From Octopus bimaculoides (taxonomy: Eukaryota), in assembly GCF_001194135.2 (NCBI RefSeq), contig NC_069006.1:7959007-8023006 (forward strand): a stretch of 64,000 nucleotides of DNA. Direction: 5' to 3'. Of this stretch, positions 1 to 12,670 are shown piece after piece; the first letter of the stretch is position 1, and each line of letters begins with the position of its first letter. Below the pieces are notes generated by a model, which saw nothing but the letters and a program-made list of their open reading frames with translations, was not told the DNA's origin and made no database searches. The translations under genes and the position numbers were made by a program.

Positions 1-89
1 GGGTGGGTGCAGGAAGAATAAGAAGACGTCCATGGGGGGCAGGAAGAACTCAAATGAAGAAAGAGAGAGAGAGAGAGTCATTTCAAGAG

Positions 90-136
90 TCAAGTAGAAT
101 CTTTTCCTACAATATCACAGGGATTGTTTATGGCAT
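90..136 (-). CDS. Tentative terminal coding exon of the HIRIP3-like gene (D|AINNPCDIVGKDST-stop)
   Basis: Good acceptor GTTTGTCTTTTTCAG|AT, phase-1 compatible, followed by TGA. No recognisable homology, so the true end may lie elsewhere. Confidence 0.3.
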
Positions 137-334
137 CTGAAAAAGACAAACGAAACTCAGGTCACAGACTTGAAAAAAGGAAAATTATTTTTAAAAATAC
201 CACAATCAATAATAATAATAATAATAAATAATAACAAATATTAATAAATAAATAATAGCAAATATTAAATAATAATTAATATCAAATATTAATAAATGAT
301 AATAGTAATAAATAATAACAAATAATAATAATAA

Positions 335-760
335 AGAAAAGAAATACTGCTAGATGGCCAGATATCGTGATCATCCACAAAGATGAAAAAGAAGCAAAGA
401 TAACAGCTGTTTGCAATACCAGGCGATTCGAGGGTGAAATGTAAGGAAACCGAAAAGAATGAGAAATACCAGCCACTGCGGGACGAGATAGGAAAGTTAT
501 AGGGCATGAGGAAAGTAATGGTGATACCAGTGGTAATTGGGACATTGGGAGCAGTTTCCAAGAGCTTTGAACAACATATTAAAAATATTGGAGCTGCTGT
601 CAGGCTCGAAGTGATCCAGAAGACAGCACTGTTGGCTACAGCTCGCATTCTAAGGAGAGTATTGCCTCTTTGAGTCACAGAAGAAGGCATTACTTGAAAC
701 CTTTGGTGATTTGTTGTTGTCTGCTTTCAAGTAAAGAATACCAGTAATTAAGAACTATGT
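335..760 (+). mobile_element. 5'-truncated R4/Dong-type non-LTR retrotransposon fragment (REL endonuclease C-terminus + 3' UTR)
   Basis: Plus-strand translation RWPDIVIIHKDEKEAK...AIPGDSRV..KE.EK.EKYQPLRDEIGKL*GMRKVMVIPVVIGTLGAV...IQKTALLATARILRRVL, with a stop and a frameshift. Embedded in (AAT)n. Confidence 0.7.
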
Positions 761-1396
761 GAGAGTATTATTATTGTTATTGTTATACTCTTTAACGTGT
801 TTCAGTCATTTGACTGTGGCCATGCTGGAGCACTGCCTTTAATTGAGCAAATCAACCCCAGGACTTATTCTTTGTAAGCCTAGTACTTATTCTATCGGTT
901 TCTTTTTGCCGAACCGCTAAGTTACGGGGACGTAAACACACCAGCATCGGTTGTCAAGCAATGTTGTGGGGAACAAACACAGACACACAAACATACACAC
1001 ACATGTATATATACATACATACAATGGGCTTCTTTCAGTTTCCGTCTACCAAATCCACTCACAAGGCTTTGGTCAGCCCGAGGCTATAGTAGAAGACACT
1101 TGCCCAAGATGCCACACAGTGGGACTGAACCCGGAACCATGTAGTTGGTAAGCAAGCTACTTACCACACAAATCCATTCTACCATAGACACAAGGTCTGA
1201 AATATTGAGAGAGGGGACAAGTCGATTATATTAACCCCCAATGTTACACTGGTACTTATTTTATTGACCCTGAAAGGGTGAAAACCAAAGTTGACCTCGG
1301 TGTAATTTGACCTCAGAACGTAGCGACGGGCGAAATACCGCTAAGTATTTCACCCGGTGTGCTAACGATCGTGCCAGCTTACCATCTTTCACTGAA

Positions 1397-1428
<32 letters not shown>

Positions 1429-1654
1429 ATAATAATAATGGTTTCAAATTTTGCCACAAGGGCATCATTTTGGGGGAGAGAATGAGTCGATTACATCAAC
1501 CCCAGTGTTTCACTGGTACTTAATTTATCGACCCCCAAAAGGATGAAAGGCAAAGTCGACCCTGGTGGAATTTGAACTCAGAACGTAGTGATGAGCGAAA
1601 TACCGCTAAGCATTTCGCCCAGTGTGCTAACGATTCTGCCAACTTATCACCTTA

Positions 1655-1779
1655 ATAGAACTGCATGCATAAAGTACTGTCAGTCTGAAGTCCCTTATTG
1701 GGACTTGACAAACAGTGTAAACCCCCAGTAGACCTATCTTTAATCAACAACCTCACGATATTGTATACTGTGCGATGTC

Positions 1780-1810
<31 letters not shown>
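1655..1810 (+). mobile_element. Short R4/Dong-type 3' end with (TAA)n tail
   Basis: Near-identical to 39360-39510 (GCATAAAGTACTG...GACTTGACAAACAG...GATGTCTATAATAATAAT). Confidence 0.55.
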
Positions 1811-1813
<3 letters not shown>

Positions 1814-3190
1814 GTTTCTGGTTTAAGGCAACCAGTTGGTCAGTGGTTGGCTTTAGCAGAGTTTACTATTGTGAGACCCTTTGAGTCAGGCCTCTCATCA
1901 ACCTCAAAAAAAGGCTCAAAAGAAATAAGGGCCCATATGGCCCGCGCTCCTCTTTCTCTCTTTGACTAAATGGTTAACTTAAACAAGAAAAAAAAAAGGC
2001 AGCAGAAAATGGACCCAGGTCATTCTCGAAGGACCCACTGGATATCATAGTAATCGGAGAAACGCATGATGCATGAAAATAAGAGGTGATGGTCACGGCT
2101 GGAACCACCTTGATCACAAGTCAGCTCCATCANNNNNNNNNNNNNNNNNNNNNNNNNNNNNNNNNNNNNNNNNNNNNNNNNNNNNNNNNNNNNNNNNNNN
2201 NNNNNNNNNNNNNNNNNNNNNNNNNCCCACACACACACACGTGCAATATGTATAGTTACCTTTGGCTCCTTTTATTTAGTTTTGTTTGGTCTATGTTTCC
2301 GTATCGCTTCCAGACCCTTCACTGTCCACAATTCCTTTCAGGTTATGGAAGCTTTCGGGCTTAGATTTTACTATTTTAGCAGGAGAATTTTCCACAGAGA
2401 AAAACCCTTTTCGTTTCCGACGGGATCGACCTGCAACATCAACAAAAGCAATAATGCAAGGTTAAACATACATATAAAAAGGGTGAAGGGTAAAGAGCCC
2501 CTTCGGTCATGAATGACCATGGGATTGCACCTAGAAAGTTACCTTCCAAGGCACAAGTCTGGGCAAGGCTGTTTATGGAAGACCAGCAGTTGCCCATCTC
2601 CATGCCAGCCTCCCCTCTCCGCGCCATTGATGTTATCCAAGGGAATGGAAAAGGGGCCAATACAGCTTGGCACCAGTAATGTCGCAGCTCATTTCTACAG
2701 CTGAATGGACTGGAGTAACGTGAAATAGTGTCTTGCTCAAGAACACAACACGCAGCCTGGTCTGGGGATTGAACTCCCTACCTCATGTTTGTGAGCCCAA
2801 CACACTAACCACTGAGCCATGTGCCTTCGCACAAACAAATATACATATATATATATATACATACACTTACACACACATATATACATACACATACAAACAA
2901 ACACATATATACAGGTAATTGAAGGTTAGCCCTTGAACAGAGGAGGGAGAAGATGAATAATCCCCTCGTTTTTTTTTGTTTTTTTTTTTTTCTGAGAGAG
3001 GGGGATCACATCTATTCATTGATGAAGAGCAGCTTAGTAGTTCAACAGTTTCTGATAAAGGACAGTTTGTGATGAGGACCTAGTCAGTAGCCCCATAACG
3101 TGTGGCAGTGGGCTGTAGCTTAGCAGCCCAACATCGTTTGCTCTGTTCCTGATGTAAAATGATTCTAAAGCAGTTGTTGCCAGGACTTAC

Positions 3191-3280
3191 CTGAATCACA
3201 AGATATAATATTGTCCTTGTTTAGCTGTTTAGCTTCACGCAACAAACGTATTCTTTCCGCAGCCTTCAATGTTGGACGGC
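3191..3280 (-). CDS. HIRIP3: HIRIP3-like coding exon 6 (G|RPTLKAAERIRLLREAKQLNKDNIISCDS|G)
   Basis: Acceptor TGTTTCAG|GC and donor CAG|GTAAGT; 90 nt, phase 1 to 1. Matches human GTPSLGKCRALKEQREEAAEVASLDVANIISGSG (recalled). Confidence 0.85.
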
Positions 3281-4772
3281 CTGAAACACAATAAATCAAC
3301 TAATTAATTCATCTGATAATTACAGCGCTTTATTTAATCAACTTAAGAATCCTCATTAAAAATGTACAATCTTGTGCAGGCCAAGAAATTATTATTGTTA
3401 TTATTAATAAGGTGGTGAGCTGGCAGAATCGTTAACATGCTGGGCAAAATGCTTAACAGTATCTCATCCATCCTTATATTCTGAGTTCAAATTCCACCAA
3501 GGCCAACTTTGCCCTTCATCCTTTCAGGGTCGATAAATTAAGCACCAGTGAAACACTGGGGTCGATGCAATCGACTATTCCCTCCCCTAAATTTCAGGCC
3601 TTGTGCCTTTAGTAGAAATTAAATATTATTATATAGCAGGCAATTTTTATTTGTCTGGTGGCTGTAGCGAAAGAGACAGTATGGTGGACTCGTTTGAAAG
3701 GGCTAAAGTCAGACACTTTCCTTCTTTGGCTAAACCCTAATCAACTTTTTCAAGTTCTACTTGAAAAGGAAGTTGAGGGTGGAAAGGCAAGTGTTGCCTT
3801 GTAGCAAGTTTGTTGAAAGGTGGGCGAATGTTGGAAGAGTGGCCAGTGTAAAAGGACCAATTCTGAGCATACACTTGTGAAAGATAAAAGAAGGGCTCTT
3901 GCCCTGCTGATCAAGCACCCATGGCTTTTGTGGGTTTTTCCACGAGGACCTTTAAAGGGCTTCCCCTACTGGGATTTTACATTGTTTAATTTCTATTGTT
4001 TACATGAGGAAAACCCATTGTATCGTACTATGTTGTCGCATGTGCCTTTATGTTGGTTTATATTAGCCCTTGTGGCCAATAAAAGAATTTATTATTATTA
4101 TTATTATTAATAGGTATTCAGCAACATTTTGTCCATCTTTACGTTCTGAGTTCGACTCTGCCTTTCATCCTTTCAGGGTCAATAGATTGAGTACTAGAAT
4201 TGATTCAATGAACTTATCCCCCATTGCCCCGAAATTGTTGGCCTTGTGGTGCCAAAACATGAAACCGTTATTAACAGACAGGTGGGCAACTGGAAGAACA
4301 GTCAGCATGCTGGGGGAAAAATTGCTTGGCAGTATTTTGTTTGTGTTTATGTTCTGAATCCAAAAGCCACCAAAGTGGACTTTACCTTTCATCCTTTCAG
4401 GGTGGATGAAGTACTGGGATTGAAGTAAGCAACTAGTCCTCTCCCACAAAATTTAAAACCTTCTGCCTACAACAGAAAGGATTATTATTATTATTATTAA
4501 CCCTTTCGTTACAATATTTCTAAGTACCGATAGAATAAGTTCCAAGCTTTAAAAAAGTCCTTTCAAAAAATAAGCCCTGGGTGTCTTTTAAGAAAATAAG
4601 TCCTGATTAAAACCCTTCAGGGCAGTGCCCCAGCATGGCCACAGTCAAATGATCGAAACAAGTAAAAGAAAAAAGGCAAGTAAAAAGAATTGTAAGGAGA
4701 GAGAGAGGGAGGGAGAGAAAGAAGAAAGATAAGGAAAGAAAATGGTGCATCATCCACTTGGAACCAACTTAC

Positions 4773-4950
4773 CTGTCATACCAGCATCTCTTAATATTTC
4801 TCTCAAGCGTTTACATTTCTGTTTGTTTGTCTTCAAATCTTGGAATTCTTTCTTATAATTGACAAAGAGTTCTGCAGCTCGGCAGATTCTTCGAAACAGT
4901 TTCACCTGAGAGCTTTCTTCAACAGAATCGGTCGTCACTTTAGCACTGAC
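4773..4950 (-). CDS. HIRIP3: HIRIP3-like coding exon 5, C-terminal CHZ-like domain part 1 (VKLFRRICRAAELFVNYKKEFQDLKTNKQKCKRLREILRDAGMTG)
   Basis: Matches human RLKRYIRACGAHRNYKKLL...ERLSILRAELEALGMKG (recalled). Donor CAG|GTAAGT at 4772; tandem CAG/AAG acceptor at 4953 or 4950. Confidence 0.85.
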
Positions 4951-5229
4951 CTTCTGTTTCGGAAAAAGCGAAAGTAAATGAATGAAACAAGGAAAGGTGG
5001 TGCCCCGGCATGGCCACAGTCCAATGGCGGAAACACAACAAAGAAAGAAGAAATAAAACAAAGAAATTAATATTAAAAAGTAAACTTTACAACTTCTCAG
5101 TCTGTCTTGTCATCCACACATGGAAGAATAATACATTCATAAAAAATCTGCTTCAATGAATTCTGGCTGATCCAAGGAAAACTGGGGGAAAAGGGGGGGA
5201 CGTTGAAACACTGATGAGCTGGATGAACG

Positions 5230-5600
5230 GACAGACAGATAGGGAGGTCAGTACATAGATAAATAGGTAGTTAGACAGACATATATAGACAGACAAATAT
5301 ATAGACAGACAGATAGACAGATGGGTAGATAGATAGACAGATAAATGGATAGACAGAGATAGATAGATAGACAGACAGATAGGTAGAGATAGATAGACAG
5401 ACAGGTAGATAGACAGAGATAGATAGATAGACAGATAAATGGATAGACAGGTACGTAGATAGATAGACAGATAGGTGGACAGACAAATAGGTAGATATAT
5501 ATATAGAGAGAGAGACATGTAGATAGATAGACAGACAGACAGACAGGTAGATAGATACATACATACATAGAGACATATAGACACATACACAATTGTGCAC
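5230..5600. repeat. Compound (GATA/GACA)n tetranucleotide microsatellite
   Basis: Direct reading of the sequence. Confidence 0.9.
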
Positions 5601-5878
5601 ATATTAAAAACAAGATTTGAAACAAACTAATACATTGTAGATATGGTATATTTAGTAGAAGCTTTAGGTTTTAAAACTGTTCCTCTGAGCTTTGAGTTAG
5701 TGATATTGTGAAACATCTCAAGATTGGCAACAAAAAAACTTGCACTAAGAATTTGTGAAGCTTCAGCTTCCAGAAGAGTGTGTGTGGGGTGTATAATATA
5801 CTTGTGTGTGTGTAATATGTTTGTGTATGTTTTGTGTGGGGGAAGGGTAGATGGTGGCTGAATAAACCTGACACTCAC

Positions 5879-6034
5879 CTTTGTACTGGTGTTTTTCTTG
5901 GTGCATGACATATTTGATGATGATGACAGTGATGACGACAACGATGAAGTGTCCGAGTCTGTGTCCTCTTCCTCTTGCCCATTACATCCATTCTTGGAAT
6001 CACCTTCGTCACTGTCCTTTACTTCAGCTGATGC
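5879..6034 (-). CDS. HIRIP3: HIRIP3-like coding exon 4 (ASAEVKDSDEGD...KKNTSTK), acidic/Ser-rich
   Basis: Donor AAG|GTGAGT at 5878. The acceptor AAG|GCA at 6035 is the first AG after a long AG-free stretch and keeps phase 0. An alternative CAG at 6028 would need phase 1. The acceptor is weak. Confidence 0.7.
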
Positions 6035-6040
6035 CTTTTG

Positions 6041-6072
<32 letters not shown>

Positions 6073-8272
6073 TATACATACACATACCAGGTGAGTTTGT
6101 TTTAGTTTCGTGTTTTTTGATTTTTTTTTTGTTATCGATGGTGGTCATGAGATGGAGAGGATTAAAAGACAGCAAAATACATTTGTAGTTATTCTCCACA
6201 AAAGAAAACGGTTTGCAAAACAGAGGAATTACTCCAGTTTCATGATAAAGGCAAAAAAAAAAAAAAAAACCTGCAGACTTCCTCACAGAAAAATGGATTG
6301 AAATACGTTAACTTCTCCACCAAAATGGCAGACAAAAAATATTACATAAACAATAATAAAAGAAAATGCTTGTGAAATGAATATCAAAAGGCATCCCAAC
6401 CATGGCTATCCCCTCTTTATGTTCTACAGGCAATGCAACTAAAACTACAGTGTGTTATGTGGCGTTCTTTAAGATGGTAAGATATGGTTTAACAGTTTAG
6501 CATTTAAACTAGTTGTATCCAGGGTGCAAATATTCTGCTTGTCTTATATTCAAACTGGTCAGATCTGGCCTTTCACACCTATCCTACAATGTCGTTTCTA
6601 ATAAATAAACAATCACATCATTGAAATTTCAAAGCTATGAGATAATCCAGAATTAATTTTAAATGATGTGAGGTGAATGCTAAAGCGTCAACGGCGATCT
6701 GGCTTCTCTTTGAAGCAGCTTCAGTGATCCCTACAGAGCAATGGTTTCCAACCATTTTTGACCTAGGGAACCCTTTGATGTCTATTTTATGCCAATGGAC
6801 CCTCATCGCCATTCAATGTTTGAAAAATCCTATTTTATTTTTATAATTAAATATTATCATTATTGTCATTGTTTGATGTCCGCTTTCCATGCTGGCATGG
6901 GTTGGATGGTTTGACTGAGGACTGGCAAGCCGGGAGTTTGCACCAGGCTCCAATCTGATCTGGTAAGGTTTCTACAGCTGGATGCCTTTCCTAACGCCAA
7001 CAATTCCAAGAGTGTAGTGGATGCTTTATATGCGCCACCGGCATGGGGGCCAGCCAGGTGGCACTGGCATCAACCACGCTTAAATGGTGCTTTTCACATG
7101 CCACCAGCACTGACATCAGCCATCCTTGAATGGTGCTTATTTTATAATTATTTATTAAAGATTGTATAAAAAAAATTTTACTGCACACAATTTTTAACAA
7201 CAAAATCTTATATGGGCCCTGATCGAGAACCTCTACTATGGAAGATCTCTCACTGGTTTCAGGAAGATTTTGGTATTCACAGGGTAACATTCAGGCCTCA
7301 AACTATTGAAGGCCATGTCTGAGCAGAGCTGTGGAGTCTGTACATGATACCTTTGACTCTAAATTTAAGCAGAGCAATGGAGTCAACACACAATATCTAT
7401 GATTCTAACTATGACTCTGGTTCATTGGTTTATGCTACAAGTAACCCTGACTCTTATGTCTGTAATTAGACTAATCACAAATCTCTTTCATTGATCAAAA
7501 GTATAGAACCATAAACAGCCAAACTGGAATCATCATCAGGCTACACTTTAGCATCTTAAATTAAAATTTGGGTTTAACCCTTTTGGCACCATATTTCAGT
7601 TGGAAAACACAGTTTTGTTTCATTTAATTTTTATAATAATAAAGAATTTAATAAAGTAACTTTGTTGAGTCAAACGAAATTGTGGCCAATGCCAGTGCCA
7701 CCTGATTGGTTCCTATGCCTGTAGCATGTAAAAAGCACCCACTACACTCTCAGAGTGGTTGGTGTTAGGAAGGGCATCCAGCTGTAGAAACCTTACCAGA
7801 TCAGATTGGAGCCTGGTGCAGCCTCCTGGCTTGCCAGTCCTCAGTCAAACCGTCCAACCTATGCCAGCATGGAAAGTGGATATTAAATGATGATGATTAT
7901 TAAGCTAGTATTTGATATAAATTAAAATGGAATTTTGGTGTCAGGCTTAAATTTGGATCACTTAAACCCTTAATTTTGAAAATAGTGAAAAATTCAGTCA
8001 AAATAACTTTGTCATTATTAATCTGGGTGTTTGGGACATAAATAAACATGAAATTTTGATGGAAGGTTTTAATTTAGATCACTTTAACCCTTTTGTTACC
8101 ATATTTCTGTTGAAATACACTTTGTTTAAATTAATTATGAAAACAAGAAAGAATTTAGTAAAATTATTTTTTGTTATCATTAATCTGGTGTTTGGAACAC
8201 AAGATGAAGTTTTTAAGGAAATAGGAGAGTATTGTAGTTTGCTTGAAGCATTGTGTATTGTTTGTAAAGAAT

Positions 8273-8469
8273 AAAAAGTTTAGGAAGGTATAACAATGCA
8301 CTATATACCAGTTGTAACTTGGTAAACTATAGCAGAGACTCCAGCAAATAAGATCTGGAGAAGGAATTCTAATTCCGAAATATCATCGGACTACAGTTTA
8401 CCAAGTTACAACAGGTATATAGTCCATTTTTTGTTCTATAGTGCATTGTTATACCTTCCTAAACTTTTT
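8273..8469. mobile_element. Small palindromic MITE (~195 bp)
   Basis: 33-bp perfect TIR AAAAAGTTTAGGAAGGTATAACAATGCACTATA plus a second inner inverted pair (TTGTAACTTGGTAAACT). Confidence 0.75.
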
Positions 8470-8874
8470 TTTTTTTTAAGGAAAGTTTAAATTTAGAACG
8501 CTTTAAAACCAGGAATTTGTATCACAGAACCAGGGTCAGTGTCAGGTAGGTTGATATTGAAAGGATTAAATGCTCCAGCTAGGCTGTTGAGGCCTTTTTG
8601 ATATCAATTATTAGAGAAGTTACAAATAATTATGCACAACACAATGCTTGGAAAAAAAAATTCTTTTTACAAAAAAAAAGTGACCGTTTTAATCAAAAAG
8701 ATAGAAAAGAAATAGACTATAAAAATATCATAAAAGAAAATAAGAAACACCATTGTCTACCATTTCAAAAATTTAAAATACATCAAAGAATTAAAAGATT
8801 AAACAGTTAAAGCTCTAAAAAAGAATAAGTAACTGTTTTGAGAGAAATAAATCACAATAAGATTAATAATCCTG

Positions 8875-9094
8875 TACGAGGGGATGCTGAAAAGTTCCTG
8901 GCTTTAAGGGTATAATAAAAGGCCTGGTTGGTGGCCCAACCTTCCGGGTTCTTTTACAGGGCTTAGAAAAACTGAAGGACCACTGCAGTAACTGCGTGAA
9001 TCTGGAAGAGGAACATGTTGAATAAAATCATAATTAACCGATTCTCCTGTATTTTCTTTTACCCAAAGCCAGGAACTTTTCAGCACCCCCTCGT
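8875..9094 (+). mobile_element. Mariner-derived MITE, ~220 bp; a second degenerate copy follows at ~9150-9375
   Basis: TIRs CGAGGGG(A/G)TGCTGAAAAGTTCCTGGCTT / AAGCCAGGAACTTTTCAGCACCCCCTCG. The interior retains the transposase C-terminal codons. Confidence 0.75.
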
Positions 9095-9115
9095 GTGTGT
9101 GTGTATATATGTGTA

Positions 9116-9147
<32 letters not shown>

Positions 9148-10211
9148 ACACAAGGGGGCACTGGAAAGTTCTTGGCTTTAAGGGTATCATAAAAGGCCTG
9201 GGTGGTGGCCCAACCATCCGGGTTCTTTTACAGGGCTTAGAAAAACTGAAGGACTGCTACAATAGGGTGTGTGAATCTGAGAGGGGAATATGTTGAAAAT
9301 AAAATCATAATTAACTAACCCTCCTGTGTTTTCCTTTACCCCAAATCAGGAACTTTTGGATCATCCCCCACCCTGTCTTGTAGAAGGGATGCGAATGACA
9401 CAAAAGATTGCATTAAATGAAATTAGAATGATTTTGATGTTGATGTATGTATATATATATATATATATATATACATACAAGAAATGAGGGCAGGGAATCG
9501 TCAATTAATAATAGAATTAATAATTAACAATTTTGCCAAGTAGTTCAGTATGAAAAAACCTTTATCGGTAAGACCATTTATCATCATAAATATAAGGGAT
9601 TAGCAATTGAGTTGCTTCTCCAACATACTGAAAATTTAGAAATAGCAGTCAAAGAACTACTGATTCCAAACTACAAATTTTTCTCTAAAACGGATGGCGA
9701 TATTTATGGCACACATTTGATATCTCTAAGTTAGATGGTTAAACCGTAATCCCTCCACACGGGACTTATTTTCATACGGGACTATTTGTGGCGCACATGG
9801 AATGGATTTCTTTGGGGTGGGGTGNNNNNNNNNNNNNNNNNNNNNNNNNNNNNNNNNNNNNNNNNNNNNNNNNNNNNNNNNNNNNNNNNNNNNNNNNNNN
9901 NNNNNNNNNNNNNNNNNNNNNNNNNNNNNNNNNNNNNNNNNNNNNNNNNNNNNNNNNNNNNNNNNNNNNNNNNNNNNNNNNNNNNNNNNNNNNNNNNNNN
10001 NNNNNNNNNNNNNNNNNNNNNTCGTACCCAATTAACTAAAGGCTTGTTTTGTTTGTGCTTTTCCCTCCGGTTTTTTGTTCTATGTGTGCCATAAATATCG
10101 CCATCCGTTTTAGAGAAAAATTTGTAGTTTGGAATCAGTAGTTCTTTGACTGCTATTTCTAAATTTTCAGTATGTTGGAGAAGCAACTCAATTGCTAATC
10201 CCTTATATTTA

Positions 10212-10268
<57 letters not shown>

Positions 10269-10889
10269 TATATATATACACATACACAATGGGCTTCTTT
10301 AAGTTTCTATCTACCAAATCCACCCACAAGGGTTTGAACAGGCTAGGGCTATGGTAGAAAGTCACTTGCTTGCGGTGCCATGCAGTGAGACTGAACCCGA
10401 AACCATGTGGTTCAGAAGCAAACTTCTTACCACACAGACATGTCCACACCCACGTTAGCTAAATGTGTGTCACCAGACCTCCTACTGCGAAAGGTGCGGT
10501 CTAGAATGGCAGTTTATTACAAGTGTCTCTCTCTCTCTCTCTAGGACTATGGAATGTGACAATAAACAAGGAGAGGTGGAACTAACAGAAATAGTCACAT
10601 TTTCACTTGTTTTTATTCCAAGAAACACACCCACAAACACTAACAAAATATATATATATATATATATGGAAATTTTAATTTCTTGGTTGGTTCTGCATGA
10701 TCTCATCCACTTGAGTTTTCAATGCAAAACAAACTTGACAGCATGTTTACACACCAAACGCATATATACACAGATACATATATACACACGCATACCTTAT
10801 AAAACATTGTTTTGTGTTTATTCTAACTTGTAATGGTTTTTTATTATTTTTTTTATTAATTGACATTTTCTATACGTGACTGTTTAATC

Positions 10890-12670
10890 ATGCCACATAC
10901 AAAAGAATCCTTGGAACTGTCTGAATTTCAAAGAGGCCGTATTGTGGGTCAACCTGACAGTGGACTTAGCGTAAAATCGCAGAAAACCTTGGGATCCCGC
11001 TTTCCACAGTTAATAGAGTGATTGTGCAATTCACCAAAGAGGAGAAGGAGTCCACATCACCTCAACCAGGGCCCTCTGACAGGACCCTTTGTTAAGAGAA
11101 GTGTGGAGGATAATCCTCGTTGCAGGGCCTCTGACAGGACCCTTTGTTAAGAGAAGTGTTGAGGATAATCCTCGTTGCAGGGCCTCTGACAGGACCCTTT
11201 GTTAAGAGAAGTGTTGAGGATAATCCTCGTTNNNNNNNNNNNNNNNNNNNNNNNNNNNNNNNNNNNNNNNNNNNNNNNNNNNNNNNNNNNNNNNNNNNNN
11301 NNNNNNNNNNNNNNNNNNNNNNNNNNNNNNNNNNNNNNNNNNNNNNNNNNNNNNNNNNNNNNNNNNNNNNNNNNNNNNNNNNNNNNNNNNNNNNNNNNNN
11401 NNNNNNNNNNNNNNNNNNNNNNNNNNNNNNNNNNNNNNNNNNNNNNNNNNNNNNNNNNNNNNNNNNNNNNNNNNNNNNNNNNNNNNNNNNNNNNNNNNNN
11501 NNNNNNNNNNNNNNNNNNNNNNNNNNNNNNNNNNNNNNNNNNNNNNNNNNNNNNNNNNNNNNNNNNNNNNNNNNNNNNNNNNNNNNNNNNNNNNNNNNNN
11601 NNNNNNNNNNNNNNNNNNNNNNNNNNNNNNNNNNNNNNNNNNNNNNNNNNNNNNNNNNNNNNNNNNNNNNNNNNNNNNNNNNNNNNNNNNNNNNNNNNNN
11701 NNNNNNNNNNNNNNNNNNNNNNNNNNNNNNNNNNNNNNNNNNNNNNNNNNNNNNNNNNNNNNNNNNNNNNNNNNNNNNNNNNNNNNNNNNNNNNNNNNNN
11801 NNNNNNNNNNNNNNNNNNCCTCTGACAGGACCCTTTGTTAAGAGAAGTGTGGAGGATAATCCTCGTTGCAGGGCCTCTGACAGGACCCTTTGTTAAGAGA
11901 AGTGTGGAGGATAATCCTCGTTGCAGGGCCTCTGACAGCAGAACAGCTGTCAAGTGTCCCCACAAACTTGGTTCCTATGGCGGAGAAGCAAGAAGGAAGC
12001 CACTTCTTTGACCAGCCTATATCGAGCAGAGAAAAGATTGGGTCAGTCAGATGGTGGAGAGGCCACTAGCATTTTGGGATACTGTGATATTCTCTGATGA
12101 GTCCAGATTTGCCGTATTTTCTGACAGTTGCTGAGTGTGGGTCTGGAGACTCTGTGATCAAGAATTTGATCTGTAAAGACTGCAGCCAACAATGCAACAT
12201 GGCAGCTATTCTGTGATGCTCTGGGGAGCAATTTGGAGCAATGCTCAATCAGAGCTAGTGGAGTGTGAGGGAAACATAAACTCAGATAAATATATGTCCA
12301 TATTGCAGAAAGGACTCCCTCCAATCTTCGCCAGTGGTGAAATGATTAAAGAAAACTCTTTATTTATGGAAGATGGGGCTCCTTGCCACATGGCTAAAAT
12401 TACCCAAGATTGGTTGGAAAAGAATGGCATTAAAAAACTTCCATGGCCTAGCCAGTCACCAGATATGAACCTTATTGAACACCTCTGGGACATAATGGAC
12501 AGGACACTTCATAAAAAGAACAAGAAAGCATCTTCAAAGCCAGATCTTTGAGATTACTGCATGAAACTTGGCAAGAAATTCCTCAAGGGAATATTCATCA
12601 TCTGATCATTAACATGCCTAATAGGGTCCTTGCATTGAAAAATGCAAAGGGAATGTCTACTAAATATTAA
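10890..12670 (+). mobile_element. Decayed Tc1-family transposase (DD34E-type) interrupted by a 55-bp tandem array
   Basis: N-terminus MPHTKESLELSEFQRGRIVG...[16 protein letters not shown]. Catalytic region VIFSDESRF, SVMLWGAI, FMEDGAPCH, WPSQSPDMNLIEHLW, ending AKGMSTKY*. Carries frameshifts and stops. Confidence 0.85.
11067..11938 (+). repeat. 55-bp minisatellite (CAGGGCCTCTGACAGGACCCTTTGTTAAGAGAAGTGTGGAGGATAATCCTCGTTG)n
   Basis: Three near-identical units before the N gap (11232-11818) and two or more after it. Confidence 0.9.

Noticed and set aside
2990-3150. Candidate next HIRIP3 exon just downstream of exon 6
   Set aside because: Available AGs give an intron under 45 nt or early stops, and no homology was recognised.
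6028-6175. Possible extra mini-exon (KKIKKHETKTNSP) plus a 60-nt intron upstream of exon 4
   Set aside because: There is no AG acceptor upstream of it within the AG-free stretch, and the simpler phase-0 model fits.
12192-12551. 119-aa ORF as a host gene
   Set aside because: It is the catalytic segment of the decayed Tc1 transposase, bounded by stops and frameshifts.
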